Assembly: GCA_951406725.2 (NCBI GenBank)
Contig: OX597836.1
Span: 42,098,001 to 42,162,000 of the forward strand
DNA: 64,000 nt
From: Octopus vulgaris
Taxonomy: Eukaryota
Direction: 5' to 3'
Positions 26,304 to 38,616 of the stretch are shown in pieces. Numbering within the stretch: position 1 is the first letter of the stretch; the number at the start of each line of letters is the position of its first letter. A program made the translations under genes and the position numbers. The notes under the pieces are model-generated. The model made no database searches. It was not told the origin of the DNA and was given only the letters and a program-made list of their open reading frames with translations.

Positions 26304-28221
26304 AAATATATACACACACATATATATGATGGGCTTCTTTCAGTTTCCGTCTACCAAATCCACTCCCAAGGCTTTGGTCAGCCCGAGGCTACAGTAGAAG
26401 GCACTTACCCAAGGTGCCACGCAGTGGGACTGAACCCGGAACCATGTGGTTGGTAAACAAGCTACTTACCACACAGCCACTCCTACGCCTATAATGTAAA
26501 CAAAATCTGGTGTTTTTCTGATAAACATTTCCACTTCTGCCACTGCTTGTTCCTAATTTCGTTTCCTTTTTTCTGTTTTTCTGTTCTAACCAGGTGAGCT
26601 TGCTATTGCAGGTCATTGGGTTTGTAGTATGTGTAGCAAACAGGACATCAAGGAGAATGACAATTCCAAGCTTGTCTCCTCTTCAGAGGAATTGATGACA
26701 ATAAAAAAAGGTAAGTTGTATGTATGTACTACAACAATATTACAGTTCTTAGTGTTTTTAACAAACTTACGAAAGTGTGAAATGTATAAAATTCATACTT
26801 ATATAGCAAACAGGACAAATTATGTCAGAGTATAAGTATGTGTATATATGTATCTGCTCAGTGTGTGTGTGTGTGTATGTATGTATTGGGTTGTCCGGAA
26901 AGTTCGTGCCGATTTTTAAAGGAAAGAAAAAGGTCAATAAATACTTGCCATTACATTTTTAATCAACCAAATATGAACCATTTTGTCGCACAATGCATCT
27001 CCATCTTTCCCTTAACTTGAAAATACCCTCTTCCCAGAATTGAGGTGGTTTCATGGCAAAGAATTCATCAAGGTATCTTTTTACGTCATCCAAGGAATTG
27101 AAATTTTTACCCATAAGAGACCTGAATAAGTGGAAATCCGAAAGAGCAATATCTGGTGAATATGGAGGGTGGGGTAACACATCCCAGCCGAGCTGCAGCA
27201 ATTTTTGTCTGGTTCCCAAAGCATCAAGTGCTGAAAATGAACTTTCTTATCTTCCATTTTAAAGGGTTACAGAATTAACACAGGTTATAGGAACATAAAA
27301 CTTCTTCCACGAAAAGATAGCTTAAACTGTGCTCTAAATGGAGGTGTAGTCAAATCCTATTTTATGGACTCAATCATGTTCTAAAATAAGTCGAAATATA
27401 AGCTACTATAAATTGGCACGAACTTTCCGGACAACCCTATATATATGTGTATAAGACAGAGACAGACAGACTGATTGATAGATTTAAAGTTGTAACTGGC
27501 AGAATTGTTAGACTTTCTGGAAAAAGCCTAGCAGAATTTCATGTCTTCACATTTTGAATTCAAATTCCGCCGAGGTCGATTTTGCTTTCATCCTTTCAGG
27601 GTCAATGTGATAAGTACCAGTTGAACACTAGCATCAATGCAATCAACTTATACCTCCCTCAGAATTGCTGGCCTTGTGCCAAAATTTGAAAACAACGTGT
27701 GCGTGTGTGTACATATGATGTGCGTGTGTGTACATAGTATATGATGGCACAACTTATGGATGAGGAAATATATGATATCTTACAGTTACGTGGTGCATGT
27801 ATGTATAATAATACCTATTTATTTACTACCTACAAGGGGCTAAACACAGAGGGGACGAACAAGGACAGACAAAGGGATTAAGTCAATTACATCGACTCCA
27901 GTGCGTAACTGGTACTTAATTTATCGACCCCGAAAGGATAAGTCGACCTCGGCGGAATTTGAACTCAGAACGTAAAGACATACGAAATCTTGCTAAGCAT
28001 TTCGCCCGGCGTGCTAACGTTTCTGCCAGTTCGCCGCCTTGCATGTATGTATAATAATTACCATAAACTGACTTGTTGTTTCTCTCCCCTTTTGTATTTC
28101 TACAGAAGCATGCACTTATGGACCACCGACCCCTTCCGAGTCACCAGAACCAAATCTTACAGAGTGCGTACCTTTGTGTTTGAATATCAATTTGTCGTCG
28201 TCGTCGTCGTCGTCTTCGTTG

Positions 28222-28253
<32 letters not shown>

Positions 28254-31200
28254 GCTGATGGCGGTGGAAGTGGTGGGGAGACGGTAGAATGTCGGATTAA
28301 AGACCGTTGTATTTTGAATGGCCCTTTTTTCCTGGTCTCAATAGAGCAAGTTGTGGTGGTGGTGGTGGCGGCGGAGACAGTGACGGCAGTGGTGGCAGCT
28401 GTAAAGAAATCATTTAACTATTCTTCTTCTTCTTATTATTATTATTATTATTAATAGTTATTATTACGAAATGGTTAAATGTAATAAACATTGGTTATAA
28501 AAAGCCGAAAATGTTAGTCGATGTGCAGTTATCTCCCTTCCTCTTCTCTGTTCAAATCGTTAACTCCAAACATGCTTTGATACAGCAGACCTTTCATCAA
28601 AGGCGTTCTAACCATGACCATCGTATCTTTTTTTTTTTTTTTCAAACTTAATGTGTATTCCCTAATTTAATCTTCTCTCTCTTTTTTAAAGATGGCAGTG
28701 TTTTTGATTGGAAAGAGATTAGGTTGTAATATCCTGCATGTTGGGTATAGAGGTTCCTTTTTATAACCTCAGGGCTGGTGAAATAAGTACCAGTGACATA
28801 CTGGGGTCTGTGAAATCAACTACATCTGAAATGTATAGCCCCATGTCATATCATCATCATCATCATCATCGTTTAACGTCCGCTTTCCATGCTAGCATGG
28901 GTTGGACGATTTTGACTGAGGGCTGGCAAAGCAGAAGGCTGCACCAGGCTCCAATCTTGATCTGGCAGAGTTTCTACAGCTGGATGCCCTTCCTAACGCC
29001 AACCACTCCGAGAGTGTAGTAGGTGCTTCTTACGTGCCACCGTCACGTGGTGGTGGGGGGGCAGTCAGGTGGTACTGGCAATGACTTCGCTCGAATCCTT
29101 TTACACATGCCAGCAGCACAGGTGCCAGTAAGGCGACGTTGGTAACGATCACACTCGAATGGTGCCCTTTTACATGCCACTGGCACGGAAGCCAGTTGGC
29201 TGCTCTGGCAACGATCACGCTCGGATGGTGCTCTTGGCACCCTTCTAGCACAGGCACAGGTGCCAGTAAGGCGACACTGGTAACGATCACGCTCAAATGG
29301 TGCCCTTTAAGTGCCACTGGCACGGAGGCCGGTTAGCTGCTCTATCAATGATCACGCTCGTATGGTGCTCTTTGCAACCTGCTAGCACGGATGCCAGTCA
29401 TCAAATTTGATTTTGATTATGCTTTTGATTGATATAGATTATTGTTATGTAATACAGGAATCTTCATACTTCTTTCTCTGCCATGTGGAGGTGCGTGGTG
29501 AGAGTATTGGACTCATAATAGTAAGATAATGGTTTCGATTCCTGGACCAAGTTTTGCATTGTGTTCTTGAGCAAAACACTTCATTGCTCCAGTTCACACT
29601 CACCTGAGAAAAATGCTTATTTCCTGTCACAAACTGACATCCTGTCCAGTGGGTGTAAGTAAAAGTGCCACGGAAACCAGGAAACCAGCCCCTTGAATCT
29701 ACGTGAACTTGGAATGATCTTTATCCTTATCCTCTCTGCCATGAGAAAATAGAATGTTTTGCTGAAATTGTCCATTGACATTGTTAATACAGACACCTCC
29801 CTAAACACTATGCACTTTCTGCATAGTATTATATAATTTATTGTAATGCACTGGCATTAGGAAGGGCATCCTGACATAAAAACCCTGTCAAAACAGACCT
29901 CACTGGGGCTGATGCCACATGAAAAGCACCCAGGCCAATCTGCTCCAGTTTTTTATCCACACTCTCGGAGTGGTTGGCGTTAGGAAGGGCATCCAGCTGT
30001 AGAAACATTGCCAGATCAGACTGGGCCTGGCGCAGCATTCTGGCTTCCCAGACCCCAGTTGAAACGTCCAACCCATGCTAGCATGGAAAGCGGACGCTAA
30101 ACAGAGTGGTTGGCGTTAGGAAGGGCATCCAGCCGTAGAAACACTGCCAGATTGCCAATGATCTCTCGTGTCTATTTACGTTCGCAGTTACAATAACGCA
30201 GCATCGTACATTTACGTCTTCCGGTTTATCAAAATGAACTATGCAAAGCTATTTTATCATAAAAAGACATGCATGAGTTATTCTGCTCAAGTTAAAAAAA
30301 ATAGCTTGCGTGTGGTACAACTCAAAACACGGTATTATGCATGTAATATTAAGGTGGTGAGCTGGGAGAAATGTTAGCATGCCGGACAAAATGCTTAGCG
30401 GTATTTCATCTGTCGTTACATTCTGAGTTCAAATTCCGCCAAGGTCGACTTTGCCTTTCATCCTTTCGGGGTCGATTAAATAAGTACCAGTTACGCACTG
30501 GGGGTCGATGTAATCGACTTAATCCGTGTATCTGTCCTTGTTTGTCCCCTCTGTCTTTAGCCCCTTGTGGGTAATAAAAAAAAAACAGGTATTATGCATG
30601 TAAAGTATCCGCATGTCATTGGCCTACTGCTAGTCTCATGACTTGAACGTAACCTAAAATAGCTAAGATAACGCAAGGAACGGCGCGCGCGCCCCTCAAG
30701 AGATAAAGTACACAACAGTGAATGTAAACAAACGTCAGCTGCTAAAAAGTCGGTGATAGATGTAGGGCAGCTGTACATCGTATGTTTACGTTAACCGCGG
30801 GTAGGCAAGCAAAACTGTGACCACATATTTGCGTCAACTGTTGTTGAGAGGTTAAATGCTAATGGGTTAAATCAAAAGTTTGTGTCATAGAATGCATATA
30901 CTTCCTCTTTGCACTTTCTCAGACAGGTTATAACTGTCATGTCTTTGTCTTCATATTATTGCCTTCTTAGATTCTAGTCTTTTGCCAAAGTAAAAATTTT
31001 CAATATTATTCTTCATTTATATCCCAGAATGCAGCAAGATTTTCCAAGGAAACGTAATCTCTATGATGGACCTTACCCTGATGTCACGGACTATACTATT
31101 GAAGATGTCGTCAAATTCTTCAAGTCAAAGGGTTTTACTAAAGAAGCTTCAGCATTCAGTGAACAGGTGAGTCTTTCATTTGGAACTAAAGAATTGGCTG

Positions 31201-32428
31201 AGAGCAGCAGACTAAGCCAGTTGCCAACCTGAAACATCAGACATCAGAGCTTGTAAAAGGCACCTGTGCCCACATCACATTAGGGCACCTGTGCCAGTTC
31301 CACATAAAAAAACACCCATGCCAGTGCCACATTGAAAGACAACCTTGGTGGAATTTGAACTCAGAATGTAAAGACTGACTAAGTGCCGCTATGCGTCTTG
31401 TTCAGTGTGCTAACGGTTCTGACGGCTCCCAGCCTTATTCCCTATAAAATATGCAGCCTTGCAACACGATTATGTAAACAAGGGACAGTCAGTGCATTCT
31501 GGGTAGCTTGAGCATTGTGGTTGCCAGGGGCACATTTTTTGCCATTCAAGCAGAATCTTTGACCCATCGCCAACCTGTGTTGTCTCAGATCAATCCATGA
31601 TAAGCATAACAGATTCCACAATTGACCATACCGTCTTATTGGTTCATCATCATCATTTAACGTCCGTTTTCCACACTAGCATGGGTTGGACGGTTCGACC
31701 GGGGTCTGGTAAGCCATGGCGGCTGCACCAGGCTCCAGTCTGATCTGGCAGTGTTTCTACAGCTGGATGCCCTTCCTAACGCCAACCACTCGGTGAGTGT
31801 AGTGGGTGTTTTTTTACATACCACCGGCACAGGGGCCAGGGGAGGCTGGCAAACGGCCACGATCGGTTGGTGCTTTTTACGTGCCACTGGCACAGGGGCC
31901 AGAGGAGGCTGGCAAACGGCCACGATCGGTTCGTGCTTTTTACGTGCCACTGGCACAGGGGCCAGAGGAGGCTGGCAAACGGCCACGATCGGTTTGTGCT
32001 TTTTACATGCCACCGGCACAGGGGCCAGGGGTGGCTGGCAAACGGCCACGATCGGTTGGTGCTTTTACGTGTCACCGACACGGATGCCAGTCGGGCGGTG
32101 CTGGCATCTGCCACGTTCGGAATCAGTGATAAACGGGGCTGCATTTATTCATTTACTCACCTCTTCATCAGCCCCCTCCCTCTTCACATCATGCTTTCTA
32201 CCTTTCCTTATCCCTGTTACCACTGCGTTCCCTCCCCACCCATCCTGCTTCAATTTTACATTGTATCATTTCACTCTCTCTCTCTCTCTCTTTCAGGAAA
32301 TTGATGGCAAATCGCTGTTACTGATGAAGCGCGATGACGTACTGGTCGGTCTGCGGGACTACATCTGTTTAGGGCCGGCCCTGAAGATTTTCAAACATGT
32401 CGAGAGGTTACAGTGGGCCTCTGAATAG
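9464..32428 (+). CDS. Multi-exon chromatin-reader gene, 5'-partial: double PHD finger (KAT6A/B-like DPF) plus C-terminal SAM domain (SAMD1/SAMD13-like)
   Basis: Seven exons join in phase with GT-AG borders: 9464-9617, 12433-12545, 22178-22259, 26612-26710, 28106-28163, 31028-31166, 32297-32428 (777 nt including stop). Product: [124 protein letters not shown]...[73 protein letters not shown]. No upstream exon was found. Confidence 0.9.
10195..10770. repeat. ~59-bp minisatellite
   Basis: Repeating aaaaccttatgtggac.gccaggtgtcatagggaccccc.attaagaatcactgtggtcc. Confidence 0.9.
11087..11600 (+). mobile_element. Probable RTE-clade LINE 5' region
   Basis: GC-richer block containing ggcatccttctaggagaaggtaactc, which resembles RTE 5'UTR motifs (recalled similarity). 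Confidence 0.45.
11690..12320 (-). mobile_element. CR1-type LINE 3' fragment
   Basis: [31 protein letters not shown] is a CR1-clade ORF2 C-terminal motif. Confidence 0.82.
12433..12545 (+). CDS. DPF-SAM gene exon: end of PHD1, start of PHD2
   Basis: Acceptor cttttacag|; (A)[37 protein letters not shown]; donor |gtgagt (phase 0). Confidence 0.93.
12655..13270. repeat. Pyrimidine-rich degenerate minisatellite
   Basis: Recurrent ttctcaaagcccttacagt plus cct runs; explains the 303-aa P/L/F/S-rich ORF. Confidence 0.85.
14630..16270. repeat. Degenerate ~33-bp minisatellite with a ~165-bp higher-order repeat (about 15430-15925)
   Basis: Recurrent catggaatattacaaccacattct; three near-identical higher-order copies. 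Confidence 0.85.
16626..16670 (-). ncRNA. Minimal type I hammerhead ribozyme motif (Penelope-type)
   Basis: Reverse complement reads cgtacg-CTGATGA-c-gggt(caat)accc-a-GAAAC-tgca-GTC-cgtgcg. Confidence 0.8.
16988..17032 (+). ncRNA. Minimal type I hammerhead ribozyme motif (Penelope-type)
   Basis: cgtacg-CTGATGA-c-aggt(caat)acct-a-GAAAC-tgca-GTC-cgtgcg: stem I, stem II, short stem III with palindromic loop, GUC triplet. Confidence 0.8.
17310..17403 (-). ncRNA. Hammerhead-like motif with long stem II (one stem III mismatch)
   Basis: Reverse complement reads gtgcag-CTGAAGA-ttgc...gcat-GAAAC-gatc-ATA-ctgcat, with a 6-bp stem I and a palindromic loop. Confidence 0.55.
21177..21684 (-). mobile_element. 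Non-autonomous Helitron-like element with internal ~157-bp duplication
   Basis: Minus strand 5' tctctctctatatatataaatggc; 3' cccggtgttgccgggtcatagtgCTAG; duplicated block at about 21370-21525 and 21526-21684. Confidence 0.65.
21765..22130 (-). mobile_element. RTE/RTEX-type LINE 3' end with (GAT)n tail
   Basis: [50 protein letters not shown]...LLLWKP. Confidence 0.85.
22178..22259 (+). CDS. DPF-SAM gene exon: PHD2 core (missed by the ORF track)
   Basis: Acceptor gttgcag|; [27 protein letters not shown]; donor G|gtaagt (phase 1). Confidence 0.93.
23269..23674. mobile_element. MITE with GG...CC TIRs and 8-bp TSD (Merlin-like)
   Basis: TSD cataagta at 23261-23268 and 23675-23682; TIR ggatctttgcggtatgaacggcagtttt / aaaactgctgttcaaactgaaaagatcc; internal (CCCTAA)3. 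Confidence 0.8.
23855..24227 (-). mobile_element. tRNA-derived SINE family C (others at 20595-20960 and 61507-61870; related at 22660 and 40530)
   Basis: Head ggaggcgcaatggcccagtggttagggcag...ggtttcgattccc (A and B boxes); TSD acaaaactggt. Confidence 0.82.
25381..25796 (+). mobile_element. tRNA-derived SINE family A, copy with duplicated 3' body (others at about 1553, 7274, 14240, 20072, 22410, 30352 on +; 22950, 27815, 48475 on -)
   Basis: Head aggcggcgagctggcaga, gagttcaaattc B-box-like motif, tail gggtagtaaagaaata; 17-bp TSD atatagaagtagttgat. Confidence 0.85.
26612..26710 (+). CDS. DPF-SAM gene exon: end of PHD2 plus linker
   Basis: Acceptor ttgcag|; (G)[32 protein letters not shown]; donor G|gtaagt. 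An in-frame upstream acceptor would start the exon at 26594. Confidence 0.88.
26886..27439 (-). mobile_element. Internally deleted mariner element
   Basis: TIRs ttgggttgtccggaaagttcgtgcc / ggcacgaactttccggacaacccta with TA flanks. Transposase C-terminus [26 protein letters not shown]...[13 protein letters not shown]. Confidence 0.93.
28106..28163 (+). CDS. DPF-SAM gene exon: Pro/Ser-rich linker
   Basis: Pyrimidine tract plus tacag|; (E)[18 protein letters not shown]; donor GA|gtgcgt. Phases 1 to 2 bridge the flanking exons exactly. Confidence 0.78.
31028..31166 (+). CDS. DPF-SAM gene exon: N-terminal half of SAM
   Basis: Acceptor atcccag|; [46 protein letters not shown]; donor |gtgagt. Confidence 0.92.
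31645..32125 (-). mobile_element. SINE family D with (GAT)n tail and internal 57-bp tandem repeats (many copies, e.g. 755-1077, 3555-3750, 6225-6910, 13620-13992, 18602-18822, 28851-29420, 36948-37270, 62045-62292)
   Basis: Core tggcgttaggaagggcatccagctgtagaaa and 3' ccaacccatgctagcatggaaa..ggacgttaaacgatgatg; variable ggcacgtaaaaagcacc repeats. Confidence 0.85.
32297..32428 (+). CDS. DPF-SAM gene last coding exon: C-terminal half of SAM
   Basis: (CT)n tttcag|; [46 protein letters not shown]. Confidence 0.93.
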   Translation, partial: EIDGKSLLLMKRDDVLVGLRDYICLGPALKIFKHVERLQWASE

Positions 32429-32990
32429 TCACCCCGTTTTCTCCTACACCTCAACTCAACTCAACCTCCTTGATGGACGGACGGATGGACAGATGGATGG
32501 ATGGAGCCAAGCAATGTTACGGATGTGATAGTGAAGAACTGATTAACTGACAACGATGAGGAGGAGGAAAAGGAGGAGGAGGAGGAAGAGGAAAACTTAT
32601 TGAACTTCCACCCAACATGATTCAAAACTGTGTGTGTGTGTGTATGTGTACATATTCATATATATGTATATGCATGTGTGTATATACATATGTATGTGTG
32701 TATCTATAAATCTATGTGTGAATATATATATATGTATGGTGAATGTGTATGTACACATAAACACATGCACACAAACACACATAGGTGTACTTACACCTGT
32801 ATATTTGTATATATTGTAATTTGAGCTGAACAGGTGCAGGGAGATTTTATTTTATTTTTTGTTTTAAATCTCACTGTTCTGCACAATGTTGACTCTGTGT
32901 CAGAGTGTAAAATATGAGATGAGCAACGAGATGTGATTTTTATATATATATATATATATACACACACACATATATATGTATACATGTATA

Positions 32991-33039
<49 letters not shown>

Positions 33040-33291
33040 ATATGTGTATATATATATGTATAAATGTGTATATATATATGTATACATGTGTATATATATA
33101 TGTATACATGTGTATGTATATATATATATATATGTATGTATATATACACACATATATTCACACACACATACATACATATGTATCTATGTTTTTTGGGATA
33201 GTGTATGTTATGTATCTATTTATACATATATTGATACATATTGTGTATGTGTATATACATACATATATACATACATATATATATATATATA

Positions 33292-33357
<66 letters not shown>

Positions 33358-34500
33358 ATATTCAAACATTTATTGATAAAACAAAAACAAGCAAACTTTA
33401 CATAAACCTTCTGCATTTGAAATGTTTGTATTTTTTTTAATATTGTTATTGTTGATAATTCAATGAAGCCAAGGATTTTTTATACATTGTTTTGTTAGTG
33501 CACCTCCCCACACCTCTCTTACACCTCTTTATATCTCTTTACACACCACCTACCACCATTCCTTTACCTTTTTTCTTACACCTACCACGTCATCACTATC
33601 ACCACTTCTTCTCCCTTCTACCACCATTCTTAGATCCAGTTATACCACCTCCAATACCTCTACCCACTCTGTCGTGTCTTGCTCCGCTAGGCAATGACTT
33701 CTGGCATTTCTGTGTTATGTCTTCAAACATCTCCCAATTCAACTGACCTTCGAACCTCTGTTTCAGCACTAACACTAACTACCCACCAAAATGCACTCCT
33801 CCTTTTTTATGTGTCCTACCTTAAGGCAGCAAACTGGCAGAATTGTTAGAGAGTCCAATGAAATGTCTTGCAGTAATTCTGTTCTGGCACTCTCTGAGTT
33901 CAAATCCTGCCACAGTCAACTTCGCCTTTTCATCCTTTTGAGGATTCACAAATAAAGAACCATACCGGTTTCAACCGGCGATGATTCATTGATTGTTTGT
34001 TTCTCTTTGGTTTCTACCTGTATTTCAAACGACCAGCCTTATCATATTGTAATTGTGTCACGCTGATGTAATCTGAGAATTTATTTGTTACGGCTACATG
34101 TGTCCAGGAATTTAGTTGGTCAAATGACCGAACATGCATTATGGAGACTCATGGAGAATTCACCATTTGTCTTTCCTTTGTAACTGTTGACACAGATCTA
34201 GAATAGCGTCCCATCACTACAGCTGTTCCTTTCCAAAGTTTATGTACCCACGTCCAGCAGCACATGTACACAACTGTTTATACCAATCTATGTGTACCCT
34301 ACTATCTCAAACAAGTGTACCCCTTTTTCTCTATTTAGGTATCTACCATGAGATATACTGAGATACTTCATATAACGCTACCCCTTGTCTACAAGAGTCT
34401 ATACCAATATATAGGTACCCAGATTAACTTGGTCTAGTATATTCCTTTGTTTAGCTATCATCCACGAGATGTATCCAGATCTTATGTATATATATGTGTG

Positions 34501-34531
<31 letters not shown>

Positions 34532-35265
34532 TTGTGTTTGTATATATACACATATATACATATATACATATATATATTTATATATATATATACTTACATA
34601 TATGCATACATTTATATACATATATATATATTTATATACATACATTTATATGCATATATATGTATTTATATACACACATATATATATATACATAGTCAGA
34701 AATACCCAGATCTAATAAATAATGATAGTACCCCTTAGTCTGCAGTTGTTTTTATGCTAAGTACCCTATAAATGAGATGTAACATATACCCACCTTCCCT
34801 GCACAGTGTTACCGTTCTTTAGTTCTGTCTACCCCACTAGTACAACTAAATTCTCACCTATCCCTCACCCTACACTTTATTCCAGATCCTAAACAGTCAT
34901 TCCTCCGTTTGTAACCCCTCTTCTTCGTGGGGGCAGATCCTTATCTTCAAAGCTTCTGGCCTCATTTGTTGACCCTCTAGAGGCCTGGGGCTAAAATGTG
35001 TGACCAAATATGAATTATATGTATATTAGTGGCCATGTGCTCATGTGTATCTGTTTGTTTTTTGTGTATGTGTTTGTATGCAGATATACATATGGACACA
35101 CGGACACACAAATTTCTTCGTCAAAGGCATACCAGTTATATGTTTCTGTGTGTGCATATGTGTATAGATGTGCATGTTTATGATGTATGTGTGTATATAC
35201 ATGTGTGTTTATGTGTGAATGTGAATAAATGTTTCTGTGTATGTACATGCATATGTGTATCTGTA

Positions 35266-35312
<47 letters not shown>

Positions 35313-35351
35313 TCCATCCTGTTGAAAAATTAAGCACCAGAAAGTATACCT

Positions 35352-35394
<43 letters not shown>

Positions 35395-35594
35395 GCACAC
35401 ACACACATATATGTGTGTGTGTGTTTGTATGATGTCCACGTTTCTCTATGTGCTCACTTATATGTGATTGGGTGTATATCATACACATGCATGTGTGAAT
35501 GTATGCTTGTGTGTGTGTATATTTGTATATCATATATATATATATATAAATATATATAGATTATATATTATATGTATATTATATATATATATTC

Positions 35595-35634
<40 letters not shown>

Positions 35635-36002
35635 TCCATATATAATATATATATATATATTATATATATGTATGTATATTATATATATGTATGTATATTA
35701 TATATATATATATGTATATTATGTATATATTATTATACATATATTATGTATATATTATTATATATATATTATGTATATATTATTATATATATATCATGTA
35801 TATATTATGTATATATATATTATTATATATATAGATATGTATTATATATATAAATATATATGTATTGACATTATGATCCAGTTTCAACAAATGAAGTTAT
35901 ACAAAGAACCAGTTCTTTCATATTTGACTGCTGCACTGTACTCCACAGCTGCTGCTGCTGTGATGTTTTATATTATTGCCATTATTATCATCATCATCAT
36001 CA

Positions 36003-36043
<41 letters not shown>

Positions 36044-36044
36044 C

Positions 36045-36385
36045 ACACCAGATTAGACTGTTGGAAAAGAAAAAAAAAATTCCGAACATTAGGCTACAAC
36101 AAGTAACCTTAGATGCCAAGAACACTCCTAAGTACCCTAGCCTGTCCCCTAATAACCCTGTTTTCTGGAGCTGTATGAAACTGGGTTTCATGCCCCTTTC
36201 CTCTATCCATCTGTTCAGATCTTTAGGGATCGTTCCCAGTTCACCTATAACTACTGGGGTACATTTTACCCGCACTTTCCATAGACTCTGTAATTCAAGG
36301 GCTAGGTCCTGGTACCTAGATATTTTTTATATACTTTTCATATTAGTTTTTTTTTTCATCATTTGGTACTGTAAAGTCAATTATA
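36045..36385 (-). mobile_element. R4/Dong-like non-LTR retrotransposon 3' fragment within (TAA)n
   Basis: YQDLALELQSLWKVRVKCTPVVIGELGTIPKDL resembles a restriction-like endonuclease C-terminus; (ATT)n on both sides. Confidence 0.72.
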
Positions 36386-36388
36386 ATA

Positions 36389-36436
<48 letters not shown>

Positions 36437-36947
36437 GCTGTTACTATTATTATAATTGTTGTTGTTGTTGTTGTGGTACCATAACCAGTGAGGTAATGAC
36501 CGCCCCCTGCCATCACCCCACTCCTTACTTCCCAGGCATCATGATTGCTCGTTGGAAATTATAGCAATTTTCTTAAATACCAGCTCACTCCTCTCCTCTC
36601 TTTAGTGGTGGCCTTCATGTAACAAGTGCTGTGGTTTTGGTTGGAAATATCTTGGGGGAATCAAGTTCTGATGTCTTTTTTCTTTTTTCTCTGTTTTAAT
36701 TCCTGTTATTATATACTTCGTTACATGCAATGTGGTAAAATGTTTAAGAAGTTCACGTTGCAACTGTGGGGTTCCAGGTTCAATTTTAAAACAATCCTGA
36801 ACAAAAAGTCATTTCTATAGCCTCGTGACAAGCCCATATCTTTTGAGCGAAATTAGGTGGAAGGAAACTGTGTATAAAAGCCTGTCAGGTGGATTGCACC
36901 TGCACCTGTAATTCCAAAAGGTGCAAACAATTACTTTTAAGGGTAGA

Positions 36948-36984
<37 letters not shown>

Positions 36985-37919
36985 GTTTAACGTCCGCTTT
37001 CCATGCTAGCATGGGTTGGACGATTTTGACTGAGGACTGGCGAACCAGATGGCTGCACCAGGCTCCCAATCTTGATCTGGCAGAGTTTCTACAGCTGGAT
37101 GCCCTTCCTAAAGCCAACCACTCCGAGAGTGTAGTGGGTGCTTTTACGTGCCACCGGCACGAGGGCCGGCCAGGCGGTACTGGCAACGGCCACACTCAAA
37201 TGGTGCTTTTTATGTGCCACCTGCACAGGAGTCAGTCCAGCGGCACTGGCAACGACCTCCCTCGAATGTTTTTTTTTCCGTTAAATTAATTGTCTTACTC
37301 AGAGTTTCTACAGCTGGATGCCCTTCCTAACGCCAACCACTCCGAGAGTGTAGTGGGTACTTTGTCTGTGGAATATTCATCCACATCTATATTGTTCAGT
37401 CAAGAGCAGATAATTCAGTGGATCAAACAACTGAATCTTTATCATTGAATGGCAGCGATCCTCTACCATCACCACAACCTACTTCACTGCACCACAGTAC
37501 ACTATGTACTGGACTACATTACATTATCCCACACTATATTATACTCCACTATAAAAACAATACACTGTACTGCATTTTACTGCAGCTGCACCACACATAC
37601 TGCATCATCATTCACTATACTATACAACAGTATACTATTCTGTGAAAGCATATGGCCTAGCGGTTAGGATATTCAGCCCACGATTGTAAGGTCATTGGTT
37701 CGATCCCCAGCAGCATGTTGGGCCCTTGAGCAAGACTTTGCCTTTCATCCTTTCAGGGTCGATAAATTAAGTACCAGTTATGCACTGGGGTCGATATAAT
37801 TGACTTAATCCATTTGTCTGTCCTTCTTTGTCCTCTCTGTGAAATAGGTGTTATTGGGTCAGCCCTCTAAAGAAATAGGTGTTATTGGGTCAGCCCTCTA
37901 ACCTTTTTATCTGTTTTAT

Positions 37920-38460
37920 TTTTTCCACTGTCCATGTTGTTGCTGTACAAATGCCAAAATATGAGTTACCAGGTGGAACTGATCCAACTGTAAGTGGTTA
38001 TAATGCCGCAGTTGGATTTTGCTTCTCTGAAGATTTCTTCATTTGCAATTCTGTCAATGTCAGGTGACTTTAAGGATCTTCCACGGGCTCTGTCAGTGCA
38101 ATGTGCCCTGTTTTTCTGTCCACCTTTTCTTATCATTTTTCATGTTTCACTGCCATACAGAACTGTTGACAGATCAACCGTACTACAATAGCTGACCCCT
38201 TATTTCAGAGAAAGTGCTACTGTTGTCCAGATCAGGCACAGAAGCTAGAATATTGCTACAGCATGGCCAATTCTGCTTTGCACATCACTACTTGATGGCT
38301 ACAGCATGGCCAATTCTGCTTTGCACATCACTACTTGATGGCTACAGCATGGCCAATTCTGCTTTGCACATCACTACTTGATGGCTACAGCATGGCCAAT
38401 TCTGCTTTGCACATCACTACTTGATCATGCTGCCCAGGTAGGGGGACACTTCACAGCAGT
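37920..38460 (-). mobile_element. Degenerate RTE reverse-transcriptase fragment containing a 43-bp x4 tandem duplication (38255-38425)
   Basis: YLGSMI...DVQSRIGHA...STVLYGSET motifs; unit gctacagcatggccaattctgctttgcacatcactacttgatg. Confidence 0.7.
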
Positions 38461-38616
38461 ATACACCTATACTCGTTTATCACAGGTGTTCAGTTAAAAA
38501 AGAAAAAAAAAACACCATGTTAAACGAATCAGTAATAAACGAATTATAATTTTCATTGTAAGACTCCCATGTTGTTCCCCTAATTTACTCCCGAAACATT
38601 TCAAAACCGTTTTTAA

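Noticed and set aside
9464-32428. Assigning the symbol KAT6A/KAT6B or SAMD1
   Set aside because: There is no MYST domain, and orthology cannot be shown without a phylogeny.
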